Source: Candidatus Taenariivivens baikalensis
GTDB taxonomy: Bacteria > Omnitrophota > Omnitrophia > Omnitrophales > Aquincolibacteriaceae
Direction of reading: 5' to 3'
NCBI GenBank assembly: GCA_009691445.1
Contig: SICL01000001.1
Coordinates: 65,738 to 129,737, forward strand
Length of the DNA stretch: 64,000 nt
Shown: positions 30,680 to 39,840 of the stretch, piece by piece
Numbering within the stretch: the stretch's first letter is position 1
Layout: every line of letters begins with the position of its first letter
The notes under the pieces: generated by a model
Database searches by the model: none
Seen by the model: only the letters and a program-made list of their open reading frames with translations
What the model was told of the DNA's origin: nothing
Translations under genes and position numbers: made by a program

Positions 30680-31956
30680 GAAGCGTGGATCGATCGTAGG
30701 GATTTATCAGCCCACTCAAAAACTTTTTCTTTAAAAAAAATCCCTCGGGCTTGATAATTTTTAAACTGATCAAAACTAGCACAGGCTGGAGAAAGGAGGA
30801 TCTGATCGCCCGCCGCGGCGAGTCCCGCTGCTTGATGAAAAGCTTCCGATAAATCATTCACGGCCATCATAGGACAGGCTCCCTTCCACGCTTCATAAAT
30901 ACGTTCTGCGGATTCCCCAAAAACAAACGCCTGTTTTACTTTTTTTTGAAGCAGTGGTTTCAAAATATCAAAATCGCTCGATTTTGCGCGGCCACCCGCA
31001 AGCAAAATCACCTGTTGATCCGCGTATCGCTCCAGAGCATAAGCCAAGGAAAGGGGCGTGGTGCATTTGGAATCATTGACGAAGGTGACTCCGCGATGAA
31101 CAGCCACTTGCTCCAAACGATGTTCAATGCCTTTGAACTCCGCAATGGTTTTGTCGACGGTGTTTTCAGGAAATTTCAAAAAGCGGGCAAGAATTCGAAG
31201 AACCCTTTCAATCCCTGGAAGATTCTCCTCGCGATCAAATTCTACTGTTTGAGCTTGAAAGTATTGCTGAGGAAAATAGCCTTTCCGGTCCCGGGATTGA
31301 AAAACGGCAAGATCTTCCACGTCTTGATTATGAAAAAGTTTCAGCTTCGACAAAACATACTCCTCCTGGGTACCGTGCCAGTCCAAATGATTCGGACTAA
31401 TATTTAGAAGAATTCCAATCTGCGGGTGAAACTGGCTGCAAGAAAAAAGCTGAAAGGAACTGACTTCGATAACAACAAAATGCTGCGGGGTAATTCTTGC
31501 GAGCTCCCCGATCCATGGATTTCCGATATTCCCACAAGAAATGACAGGTTGGTTATTGTTTTGAAGCCACTCCGTAATGATCGTCGCCGCCGTTGTTTTT
31601 CCAGCAGTTCCAGTTATGGCAATAATCTTTCGCGAGACACAAAAGCGACTGGCCACTTCAATTTCACTTAAAATTGGTTTTTGATAGCGTCCGAGGTCTC
31701 TATAAATGTCAGTGAAAGGCGATATTCCTGGGGAAATCATCACCCAATCAGACAAAAGTATTTTCTCCAAGGAGTGCCGACCAAGTTCGGTTTCAATCCC
31801 CTGGGAATGCAACTGCTGATTAAGCTCCTGAGTTTCAGCGTTACTGCGCATTTCAGAAACAAACACCTCAAATCCGTGCTGTTTAAGAAAAAGGGCAGTC
31901 TGGACACCACTGATTCCCATACCAAGAATCGCTGCCTTTTTACCTAGAGCGATCAT
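30676..31956 (-). CDS. murD: UDP-MurNAc-L-Ala--D-Glu ligase
   Basis: LGMGISG, GTAGKTT, EVSSFQL, NDSKCT, LSPACASFDQF. Confidence 0.96.
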   Translation of the reverse strand: MIALGKKAAILGMGISGVQTALFLKQHGFEVFVSEMRSNAETQELNQQLHSQGIETELGRHSLEKILLSDWVMISPGISPFTDIYRDLGRYQKPILSEIEVASRFCVSRKIIAITGTAGKTTAATIITEWLQNNNQPVISCGNIGNPWIGELARITPQHFVVIEVSSFQLFSCSQFHPQIGILLNISPNHLDWHGTQEEYVLSKLKLFHNQDVEDLAVFQSRDRKGYFPQQYFQAQTVEFDREENLPGIERVLRILARFLKFPENTVDKTIAEFKGIEHRLEQVAVHRGVTFVNDSKCTTPLSLAYALERYADQQVILLAGGRAKSSDFDILKPLLQKKVKQAFVFGESAERIYEAWKGACPMMAVNDLSEAFHQAAGLAAAGDQILLSPACASFDQFKNYQARGIFFKEKVFEWADKSLRSIHAS

Positions 31957-33045
31957 TTAGCGCACCTTCATGGTCGCAAGACCAATCACCGAGAGGATCA
32001 TCGAAATAATCCATAAGCGAATAGTCACTTTAGATTCAGGCCACCCTTTAAGCTGGAGATGATGATGAAAGGGCGACATCAAAAAAACTCTTTTCCCAGT
32101 TAATTTAAAACTAGCCACCTGAATCATCACTGAAAGGGCTTCCCATACAAATATTCCCCCAACAATAATTAGAACAAATTCCTTTTTTATTAGAAGGGCA
32201 ATGGTTCCAAGTGCTGCCCCAAGAGCAAGCGACCCCGTATCTCCCATCATGACTTCAGATGGATAACTATTGAACCACAAAAATCCTGCGCTGGAACCAA
32301 CCAACGCTCCACAAAACACAGCAATCTCTCCCCCTTCGGGAATGAGGGGCAGGGAAAGATAGGTGGCAAAATCAACCCGTCCAACAAAGTAAGCAATTAT
32401 TCCCAGCGATGCCGTGGTAAAAAGCGTACATCCGATTGCAAGACCGTCCAGTCCGTCGGTTAGATTGAGCGCATTCGAAGATCCGGTAAGCACTAAAACG
32501 GTGAAGGGAATGTATAGCCACCCCAAATAAACAAAACTATTTTTTAGAAATGGCAAATAAAGCCATCGATCAAAAGCTGGGTCAAAGAAGAGATAAACTC
32601 CAATAAAAAGCGCCATTCCGACTTGGCCTAATATCTTAGCCTTCGAGCTGATCCCATGCGAACTCTTGGATTTTAACTTGATCCAGTCATCGATGAAGCC
32701 AACTCCGCCGAACCAGATCATCGTCAAAAGAAGCAACCACACATATCGATGGGTTAAATTCCCCCAAAGAAGCATCGAGGACACAACGCTTGAAACAATC
32801 AACAGCCCGCCCATCGTAGGAACATTTTTCTTTCCCGCGTAGAGGTGATGAATTTTTTGGGCATGCTCTCTTTCCGTATGATTCACAATCCTAATCTTCT
32901 TGAGCCATTCAATCAGGGAAGGACCCAGCCACAAACAGAAAAGAAATGACGTGACACTCGCCGCAGCCGCACGAAAAGTGATGTAGCGGAAAAGATTAAA
33001 AAAAATCGAGACATCTTTAAGCGGATATAAAAAATAAAACATCAT
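31957..33045 (-). CDS. mraY: Phospho-MurNAc-pentapeptide transferase
   Basis: PTMGG, GFIDD, NLTDGLDGLA, MGDTGS, PFHHH. Confidence 0.98.
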   Translation of the reverse strand: MMFYFLYPLKDVSIFFNLFRYITFRAAAASVTSFLFCLWLGPSLIEWLKKIRIVNHTEREHAQKIHHLYAGKKNVPTMGGLLIVSSVVSSMLLWGNLTHRYVWLLLLTMIWFGGVGFIDDWIKLKSKSSHGISSKAKILGQVGMALFIGVYLFFDPAFDRWLYLPFLKNSFVYLGWLYIPFTVLVLTGSSNALNLTDGLDGLAIGCTLFTTASLGIIAYFVGRVDFATYLSLPLIPEGGEIAVFCGALVGSSAGFLWFNSYPSEVMMGDTGSLALGAALGTIALLIKKEFVLIIVGGIFVWEALSVMIQVASFKLTGKRVFLMSPFHHHLQLKGWPESKVTIRLWIISMILSVIGLATMKVR

Positions 33046-33079
33046 CGTCCTCTAGGTCAAGAAAATATGGGAATAAAAC

Positions 33080-34495
33080 CTAAGCCTGGTTGAAGGGCGG
33101 TCCAAACTTCTCCTCAAAGACTCTCAGAACTTTATCCATCGACATTCCCCGGGACGCCTTGAGCAAGATGTCATCGCTTGACTGAACCTGCCCCAGCAAA
33201 AAATCAGCGGCTTGCTCGCGTCCTTGAAAATAAGCCGTGCGCACTTTCCCCTTAAACTCTGAATCCAGAATATCCACGGTTGATTTCGACAAGGGACCAT
33301 ACGCCACAACAACATCAAAGGAATGGCTGCCGATACATCGCCCCAAAACCTCATGGAATTTCTTCTCTTCATCCCCCAATTCCAGCATATCGGCAATGAC
33401 TACAATTTTTCTTCGCCGGTCCGGCATCGCAGCAAAAGCCTCGAGGGAACGACGAAAGGAGCTTGGGCTCGCATTATAACTATCATCAATAACTCTGATG
33501 TCATTTGCGTAAAGACGCTCCTGAAAACGACCCTGCGGCATCTCCAGTCCTTCCCATTTTTCCGGCATTTCACCGATTGGCAATCCCAAAGCCTCCGCAG
33601 CCGCAACCGCCATGGCAGCATTTATGCTGAGGAATGTGGCGATTCCAGGAAAATAAAATTTTCGAGAATGATTGAGCCAAAAAGATATCCATTTTCCCTC
33701 CCGCTGAGCATCAGAAATCTGATAATCGGCCATCATCGAGTATCCAACTGTAATAACCTTCAATCGAAGTTTTTTTGCTCTCGCAATTAAAACATTGTCG
33801 TGTTCCGGCAAAATCATCGCCGCGCCCTGTGCAAGCGCTTGCATCAGCTCACATTTGGCATCGTAAACTCCCCTTAAAGTTCCGAACCCCTTCAAATGAG
33901 CCGGCGCTATTTGTGTGATCATCCCAAGATCGGGCTTTAAAATGGCGCAAAGCTCACGGATATCACCAGAATGATTGGCGCCTAGCTCCGCGACGCAAAA
34001 ACGATGAGCCGTCTGACGGCGAAATAAAGTCATCGGCAGTCCGAGTTGATTATTAAGATTGCCTTCCGTCGAAAGCGTGGGGGATTTATGGCGCAGCAAA
34101 TGCGCTAAAAACTCCTTCGTGCTTGTTTTTCCAACGCTCCCGGTAATCGCAATAGCCTTCATGGATTGGGAATCTCGATACCAGGTCGCAAGCTGGGAAA
34201 ACGCCTGCGACGGTTGTAATACCGGAAGAAGATTTTGAAATACCGTAGGATTGCTTTGAAATTTCAAACGGTGGAGAGAAAAATAATCCTGGTCGATCAG
34301 GGCACCGGACGCCCCCTTCAAAAAAGCGTCTTCTAAGTAATGGTGGCCGTCATCCGAATTGGTTTTGATCGCAACAAAAAGATTGCCGGGTTCGAGTTTG
34401 CGGGTATCAATAGCAGCGCCCTGGATAAGGATAGAGGAATTGCCCATTTGGCATTCCACGCCCAAAACACTACTCGCATCACGAAAAGAAAACAC
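33080..34495 (-). CDS. murF: UDP-MurNAc-tripeptide--D-Ala-D-Ala ligase
   Basis: TGSVGKTSTK, GNLNNQLG, DDSYNASP, MLELG, KASRGM. Confidence 0.96.
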   Translation of the reverse strand: MFSFRDASSVLGVECQMGNSSILIQGAAIDTRKLEPGNLFVAIKTNSDDGHHYLEDAFLKGASGALIDQDYFSLHRLKFQSNPTVFQNLLPVLQPSQAFSQLATWYRDSQSMKAIAITGSVGKTSTKEFLAHLLRHKSPTLSTEGNLNNQLGLPMTLFRRQTAHRFCVAELGANHSGDIRELCAILKPDLGMITQIAPAHLKGFGTLRGVYDAKCELMQALAQGAAMILPEHDNVLIARAKKLRLKVITVGYSMMADYQISDAQREGKWISFWLNHSRKFYFPGIATFLSINAAMAVAAAEALGLPIGEMPEKWEGLEMPQGRFQERLYANDIRVIDDSYNASPSSFRRSLEAFAAMPDRRRKIVVIADMLELGDEEKKFHEVLGRCIGSHSFDVVVAYGPLSKSTVDILDSEFKGKVRTAYFQGREQAADFLLGQVQSSDDILLKASRGMSMDKVLRVFEEKFGPPFNQA

Positions 34496-35969
34496 GCTGA
34501 TCCTTCTTTAGACACGATTGGACAACCTTGCGGTCATCAAAGGGGATTTTTACGTCGCCAAGAATTTGATAATCTTCGTGGCCTTTCCCGAGAATGAGGA
34601 TGACATCATCCAATTGAGCAAGAGATAAGACTTTTTGAATCGCTTCACGCCTATCTGAAATGGTATGGATCATAGGACCGGACCCATCAGTCTGCGGTTT
34701 ACCAATCCCCTTCTGAATATCCCGAATAATCACACTGGGATCTTCCGTGCGTGGATTATCGGAAGTCAGTACTAAAATATCGGAATAGTGAGCGGCGATC
34801 TTGCCCATCAAAGGCCGTTTGCCTTTATCTCGGTCACCTCCGCAGCCAAACACTGTAAGGATACGCTTGGGATTTAATCGTCTGGTTTGAGACAAAACAT
34901 TTTCAAACGCATCGGGTGTATGCGCATAATCCACAAAAATCTGATACCCGTCCACCCCTGACACACGCTCCATACGGCCCGGAATTCCTGGAATCTCCTG
35001 CAAGGCACCGCGGAAATCTTCGGGATCATAACCCAAAATATCTAATGCGGCCAAAACCTCAGCCACATTGTAAATATTGTGAGTAAAAGGAAGCCGAATC
35101 TGAAACGGAACTTCGCGTCCCTTGAAGCATAGGCTGAAGCGGCTGCCATGAAAACTGAGATCCACCCCCTTGACCTCATAATCAGCGGCCGCCGTAAGAC
35201 TTAATGTTTTAGCATTAGGATAACTTTTATGAAGTCTCTTCCCATAAGCGCAATCAGTATTAATCAGCATATGTCTGGGGTGAGGCACTTGATCAAAGAA
35301 AAGTTTTTTAGCGCTAAAATAGTCTTCCATGCTCTTATGGTAATCCAGATGATCTTGTGTCAGTTGAGAAAAAATAGCCAGTTCAAAACCTAATCCATAG
35401 ACACGTTTTTGATGCAGCGCATGAGATGAAACCTCCATAATGCAAGTCTTAACTTCTTCCTTGACCATGTCATTTAAAAGAGGAATTAAAACTTCGGGAC
35501 CCGGTGTGGTGTTCGTTGCCGCCAGTTTTTGATGAGGCAGATCGTACCAAAGCGTCCCCAGATACGCGGAGCGGGTATGCTCGCGAATCAGCAAATGCAG
35601 TAAATATGAAATCGTGGTTTTTCCATTAGTTCCCGTCACACCAATCAATTTTATTTTCTGATCGGGATACCTGTAATAGGCTCGGAGGAGCTGAGGCAGA
35701 CATTCATTTGCATTGGCAACTTGAACACCAATAATGGCGGGGGGAATAATCGCCTCAGGAAGATTTTCATAAACAATGACCGAGGCTTTCGCTTGAATGG
35801 CCTGTGAAAGAAAATCGTGGCCATCCATGCGGGCACCACGGCAGGCGACAAAAACATCTCCGGGCTCAATTAGCCTGGAATCTGATGTGATCCTCCCAAC
35901 GTTCAGATTCGGATGCCAATTTCGTTTTTCGAGTATCGGAACATCCTCGAACAGTTGAGTTACTCTCAC
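34479..35969 (-). CDS. murE: UDP-MurNAc-L-Ala-D-Glu--meso-DAP ligase
   Basis: GTNGKTT, MEVSSH, DHLDYH, VDYAHTPD, DNPR (mDAP-type), GKGHE. Confidence 0.97.
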   Translation of the reverse strand: MRVTQLFEDVPILEKRNWHPNLNVGRITSDSRLIEPGDVFVACRGARMDGHDFLSQAIQAKASVIVYENLPEAIIPPAIIGVQVANANECLPQLLRAYYRYPDQKIKLIGVTGTNGKTTISYLLHLLIREHTRSAYLGTLWYDLPHQKLAATNTTPGPEVLIPLLNDMVKEEVKTCIMEVSSHALHQKRVYGLGFELAIFSQLTQDHLDYHKSMEDYFSAKKLFFDQVPHPRHMLINTDCAYGKRLHKSYPNAKTLSLTAAADYEVKGVDLSFHGSRFSLCFKGREVPFQIRLPFTHNIYNVAEVLAALDILGYDPEDFRGALQEIPGIPGRMERVSGVDGYQIFVDYAHTPDAFENVLSQTRRLNPKRILTVFGCGGDRDKGKRPLMGKIAAHYSDILVLTSDNPRTEDPSVIIRDIQKGIGKPQTDGSGPMIHTISDRREAIQKVLSLAQLDDVILILGKGHEDYQILGDVKIPFDDRKVVQSCLKKDQRVFFS

Positions 35970-35989
35970 AGCGAGGTCCTCGGCTTAAA

Positions 35990-36439
35990 TTATTTGATTG
36001 AAAAATTAAATGTTGGCGAATGGGCTTCCAGATAACCGATATCGAGAATTTTCTTTTGATCAAAGGTTAAATCGGCCCGTAACTGTGTTAAAGAAACGTT
36101 GCCGCGCCCCTGGATTTTCGCCCAATCTCCCAGCAAATAGATCACAGCATTATCACTTTGAATCTGAATATGCCACTTTCCATGAGTAAGAAAATACGCC
36201 AAATCGTAGCGCAGGTCAAGATCTCCTGAAATAAACTTCACCCTATCTTTCCAGATAAAATTAGCTTGGTTTATTTGAAATCGCGATTGAAACACTGACG
36301 GCACCAAAGCACCCTGCATCTGAAGTCCAATTCGTGTTTGAATATCCTTAAAAACAAGAACTTTGATGCCGAGTGACAGGCTAATTAGAACCAAGATAAA
36401 AAAAAGAAACCCTTCAGCAATTTTTTGACTATTTTTCAT
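35990..36439 (-). CDS. Hypothetical membrane-anchored protein, beta-rich
   Basis: N-terminal hydrophobic helix; overlaps the upstream gene's stop and fits the operon. Confidence 0.65.
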   Translation of the reverse strand: MKNSQKIAEGFLFFILVLISLSLGIKVLVFKDIQTRIGLQMQGALVPSVFQSRFQINQANFIWKDRVKFISGDLDLRYDLAYFLTHGKWHIQIQSDNAVIYLLGDWAKIQGRGNVSLTQLRADLTFDQKKILDIGYLEAHSPTFNFSIK

Positions 36440-36644
36440 AGGGCGCGGGAGATGAAGAAGTAATCATCCTTGCTCGATGAGGCTGCGGCACATGCGCTGA
36501 TCGGTCCAGCTCCACATTGAGTCTAGAAATCTCCTGATTGAGAGCATCAATCGTTGCCGCCTGTTTTCTGTTCATTTCCATCAAAGCTCCATCCGACGCA
36601 CACCCTGAATATAGAAAAACCAATAACAAAATTCTCCAGCGCAT
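36429..36644 (-). CDS. Small coiled-coil lipoprotein
   Basis: MRWRILLLVFLYSG-C lipobox-like signal, heptad segment IDALNQEISRLNVEL; coupled at both ends. Confidence 0.65.
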   Translation of the reverse strand: MRWRILLLVFLYSGCASDGALMEMNRKQAATIDALNQEISRLNVELDRSAHVPQPHRARMITSSSPAPYEK

Positions 36645-38194
36645 TAGATAGCCCCCTCAAGTTGTTTTTTTTGATTCCGAATAGCCTTAATCTTTTCCAT
36701 CATATGAAACCGCCGAATAACAGAAAGAAAACAGTCCACCACATGGGGATCAAACTGAGTACCCCGATTGACCTTAATTTCTTCGATTGCTGCTTCAACC
36801 GATAAAGAAACCCGATAGGCGCGGTGCGAGATCATTGCCACCAAGGAATCAATGACCGCGATAATCCTAGCACCGATAGGAATTTCATCCCCCCTCAAGC
36901 CCTGAGGGTATCCCTTTCCATCATATCGTTCCCTGTAGTGAGTAAGAATAGGAATGTAGGGTCGAAGTGACTTCATAGACCTCAGCAAATTAGCACCGCG
37001 AATAGGAATCTGTTTGATCATGTTAAATTCACGTTTAGTGAGCTTGCCTTTTTTCTTCCAAAAAGATCCCGGAGATAGCAGGACTCCCGCATCCAAAAGC
37101 ATCACAGCTCTTTCAAGAATGATGAGATCTTTGGGGGGAAGCGCAAGCTCAAGGCCCACTTCTTTAATCAAATCCACCATTAATGGAAACTCCAAAGGAT
37201 GACGCGAAATATTCGAAGCTAAAAGCTCGCTAATGGCCTTGATGCTTCCTAAGGTAAGCTGTTCGGTCTCTTCGTAAAGCTGAGCATTCTTGATTGCCAC
37301 CACGGTTTGTTCAGAAAGTGATTTTAGGATTTCTAAATCAGTTTTGGTGAACGGCAAGCGGCCAATCTTATCCCAAAGGGCGATCGTCCCCACTACGTCG
37401 TCTTCAATAAAGGGAACGGCGATGGCATTGCGGTTAAAGTGAAACTCCCCGGTTTTAGCAATCCGGCCCGGAATTCCTCGCCCAATCTTGAGCCTGTGTT
37501 TGGGAACCAATCGCGGATGCGGGAGTGTCGAGAAAAAAGGCAATAAATATTCATGTTCTGCATCACAGAGCATAATCGAACACCCCTTCGCTTTAAGAAC
37601 TTGTGTGCTTAAGCGCGCGATTCGGGGCAGGAGTTCATTGAGACGCAGCGAAGTACTAATCACACGATGAACTGAGTGCATCGTCGAAAGCGCCAACGCG
37701 CGCGGGTGAACCGTTTCATAAAAATTGTTCAGTTCAAAGGTGCGGAACGCCAAATCCACTTGCGCAGCGAGAAAAAAATTAAGAGGTTTAATGAAAAATT
37801 CAAATTTTCTCTGTGGTCCGTGAAGAGAAGTTAAAAGTAAAAACCCTTTCAGATTTCCAACGTGGGTTAATGAAAATATAAGACAGTGCCTTCCAAAGGC
37901 ATCCTTAAAAAACAAGGGGAACTTATCAACGTAATTACTATCAAGCGCATAAATCCCACAAAATTTCTTAAGAAAATCTTCAATACTACGCTGATTAGAT
38001 TCAGATGCGGCATAAAAGGAACAATGATCCTTCCGGTCCAGGCGAATAAGTCGATCCTCGGAAAATTCATCAATGAGATATACCCATCCGAGCGAACTGC
38101 CAAATAGCTCATTAAAAGCGCTGTAGCCCTCCTGCCACTCCGGGCTTTTCAGCATAAAGCGTTCTAAGATGGTTTCGCGCTTTCCTGATTTCAT
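36644..38194 (-). CDS. GAF plus degenerate HD-GYP domain protein
   Basis: GAF (AIKNAQLYE), RERYDGKGYPQGLRGDEIPIGARII, GTQFDP; HD replaced by LD. Confidence 0.85.
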   Translation of the reverse strand: MKSGKRETILERFMLKSPEWQEGYSAFNELFGSSLGWVYLIDEFSEDRLIRLDRKDHCSFYAASESNQRSIEDFLKKFCGIYALDSNYVDKFPLFFKDAFGRHCLIFSLTHVGNLKGFLLLTSLHGPQRKFEFFIKPLNFFLAAQVDLAFRTFELNNFYETVHPRALALSTMHSVHRVISTSLRLNELLPRIARLSTQVLKAKGCSIMLCDAEHEYLLPFFSTLPHPRLVPKHRLKIGRGIPGRIAKTGEFHFNRNAIAVPFIEDDVVGTIALWDKIGRLPFTKTDLEILKSLSEQTVVAIKNAQLYEETEQLTLGSIKAISELLASNISRHPLEFPLMVDLIKEVGLELALPPKDLIILERAVMLLDAGVLLSPGSFWKKKGKLTKREFNMIKQIPIRGANLLRSMKSLRPYIPILTHYRERYDGKGYPQGLRGDEIPIGARIIAVIDSLVAMISHRAYRVSLSVEAAIEEIKVNRGTQFDPHVVDCFLSVIRRFHMMEKIKAIRNQKKQLEGAI

Positions 38195-38197
38195 GAA

Positions 38198-39334
38198 TTA
38201 CACTCTCTCATAAGGTTCAAAAAAACGCTTATATTCATCCAAGGCAAACCGATCCGTCATCCCGGCGAGATAGTCACAAATGGCACGGTGCACTCCTTCT
38301 TTTTTCGCCCGCACCTGGACCTCGGGCGGAAGCTGTGCAGGCTTCTGCAGGTAGACATGAAAAAGCTCCTTAAGAAATCGTTGTCCCTTATCCGTCATCC
38401 GGATAACCCTGTAATGTTGATACAACTCCTGAAAAAGAAATCGTTTTAATTCCACGACGTGTTTTTTCATTTCTGGAGAATAGCCGATGAGAGAACTGCG
38501 AAGTTTTTGAACATCCTCTCGTGTTTTTATTTTTGATTTTTCAATCTGCTTTTGGGAATGAGCAACCACATCCGTCACCAAACGATTCACAATGAGACGT
38601 ATGGCCATCCTTTTTCGCTGATTCAGTGTCATTTTTTTATGACTTTTTTCGATGTACTGAATGGCATCTTTCCATAGAAAAATACCCGCGGCCTGCTCTT
38701 CGTCAATCAGTGCGGATCGTAATCCATCATCAAGGTCGTGACTCGAGTATGCAATTTCATCTGCCACATCCACAAGATCTGCCTCAAGCGATCTGAATCG
38801 CTTTTTTTTATCCGCATAAAAATGCTCGGGATGCTTCTTAAGCCCCTCAATCGTCTCATAGGTCAAATTGAGCCCTGGAAAATCAGAGAAACTTTCCTCC
38901 AAATGTTCCACAATCCTTATGCACTGGGTGTTATGTTCAAACCCCCCGTGATCCTTCATGAGGTCCTGAAGCGCCCATTCTCCCGCATGACCGAAAGGCC
39001 CGTGACCCATGTCATGAGCCAAGGCAATCACTTCCACCAAGTCCTCATTCAGAGAAAGTGTGCGGCTGATGGTTCTCGCGATTTGGGAAGTTTCCAGGGA
39101 ATGGGTTAATCGGGTACGATAATGATCCCCTTCATGATTGACAAAAACCTGCGTTTTATATTCCAGCCGACGAAAAGCCGTTGAGTGAATTATTCTGTCA
39201 CGATCCCGCTGATAGGGCGTACGAAGATCATGTTCCTTTTCTGGATATTTTCTCCCTTGACTCTGGGAACTCCAGATCGCGTAAGAAGCGAGACACTTCT
39301 CTTCCACATTTTGAAAATCTTCGCGACTACGCAT
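38198..39334 (-). CDS. dgt: dGTP triphosphohydrolase-like HD protein
   Basis: QRDRDRIIHSTAFRRLEYKTQV, RTRLTHSLE, AHDMGHGPFGHAGE, DYLAGMTD. Confidence 0.95.
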   Translation of the reverse strand: MRSREDFQNVEEKCLASYAIWSSQSQGRKYPEKEHDLRTPYQRDRDRIIHSTAFRRLEYKTQVFVNHEGDHYRTRLTHSLETSQIARTISRTLSLNEDLVEVIALAHDMGHGPFGHAGEWALQDLMKDHGGFEHNTQCIRIVEHLEESFSDFPGLNLTYETIEGLKKHPEHFYADKKKRFRSLEADLVDVADEIAYSSHDLDDGLRSALIDEEQAAGIFLWKDAIQYIEKSHKKMTLNQRKRMAIRLIVNRLVTDVVAHSQKQIEKSKIKTREDVQKLRSSLIGYSPEMKKHVVELKRFLFQELYQHYRVIRMTDKGQRFLKELFHVYLQKPAQLPPEVQVRAKKEGVHRAICDYLAGMTDRFALDEYKRFFEPYERV

Positions 39335-39336
39335 AG

Positions 39337-39840
39337 TTATTTTTTCGTTTTTCCTGAATTTAAATAGATGCGCAGCGTTTCATAAGCGGACTGTAACGAC
39401 TCAGAAATAACCTTTGCTCCTGCGAGGACTGGCATAAAATTATGATCCCCAGCCCAGCGGGGAACAATGTGCAAATGGAGATGGTCTGGAATCCCGGCGC
39501 CCGCGGCAGCTCCCAAGTTAAGCCCCACATTAAAACCCTGCGCGTTCATCTGATTTTTTAGGGCATCAATCACGTCAGTTGTAAGTGCCAGCCAGTCCAG
39601 TTTTTCTTCCGCAGAAAGCTGTGCGATCGAATTCACATGACGGTTGGGAACAATGAGCACATGCCCATTGTTATACGGATACAGATTAAGAATAGCAAAG
39701 CAGGAAGGATTATGCCTAAGGACCAGATTTTTTGCATTTTGACGGTTTCCCTGAACACGACAAAAAAGACAGCCTCGGGATGCTGATGGCTTTTTAGGCC
39801 GAATATACGCTTTGCGCCAAGGCGCCCACAAACGTTTCAT
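39337..39840 (-). CDS. HIT family hydrolase (Ap4A hydrolase/phosphorylase-like)
   Basis: LWAPWR, CLFC, NLYPYNNGH, HLHLHIVPRW. Confidence 0.93.
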   Translation of the reverse strand: MKRLWAPWRKAYIRPKKPSASRGCLFCRVQGNRQNAKNLVLRHNPSCFAILNLYPYNNGHVLIVPNRHVNSIAQLSAEEKLDWLALTTDVIDALKNQMNAQGFNVGLNLGAAAGAGIPDHLHLHIVPRWAGDHNFMPVLAGAKVISESLQSAYETLRIYLNSGKTKK

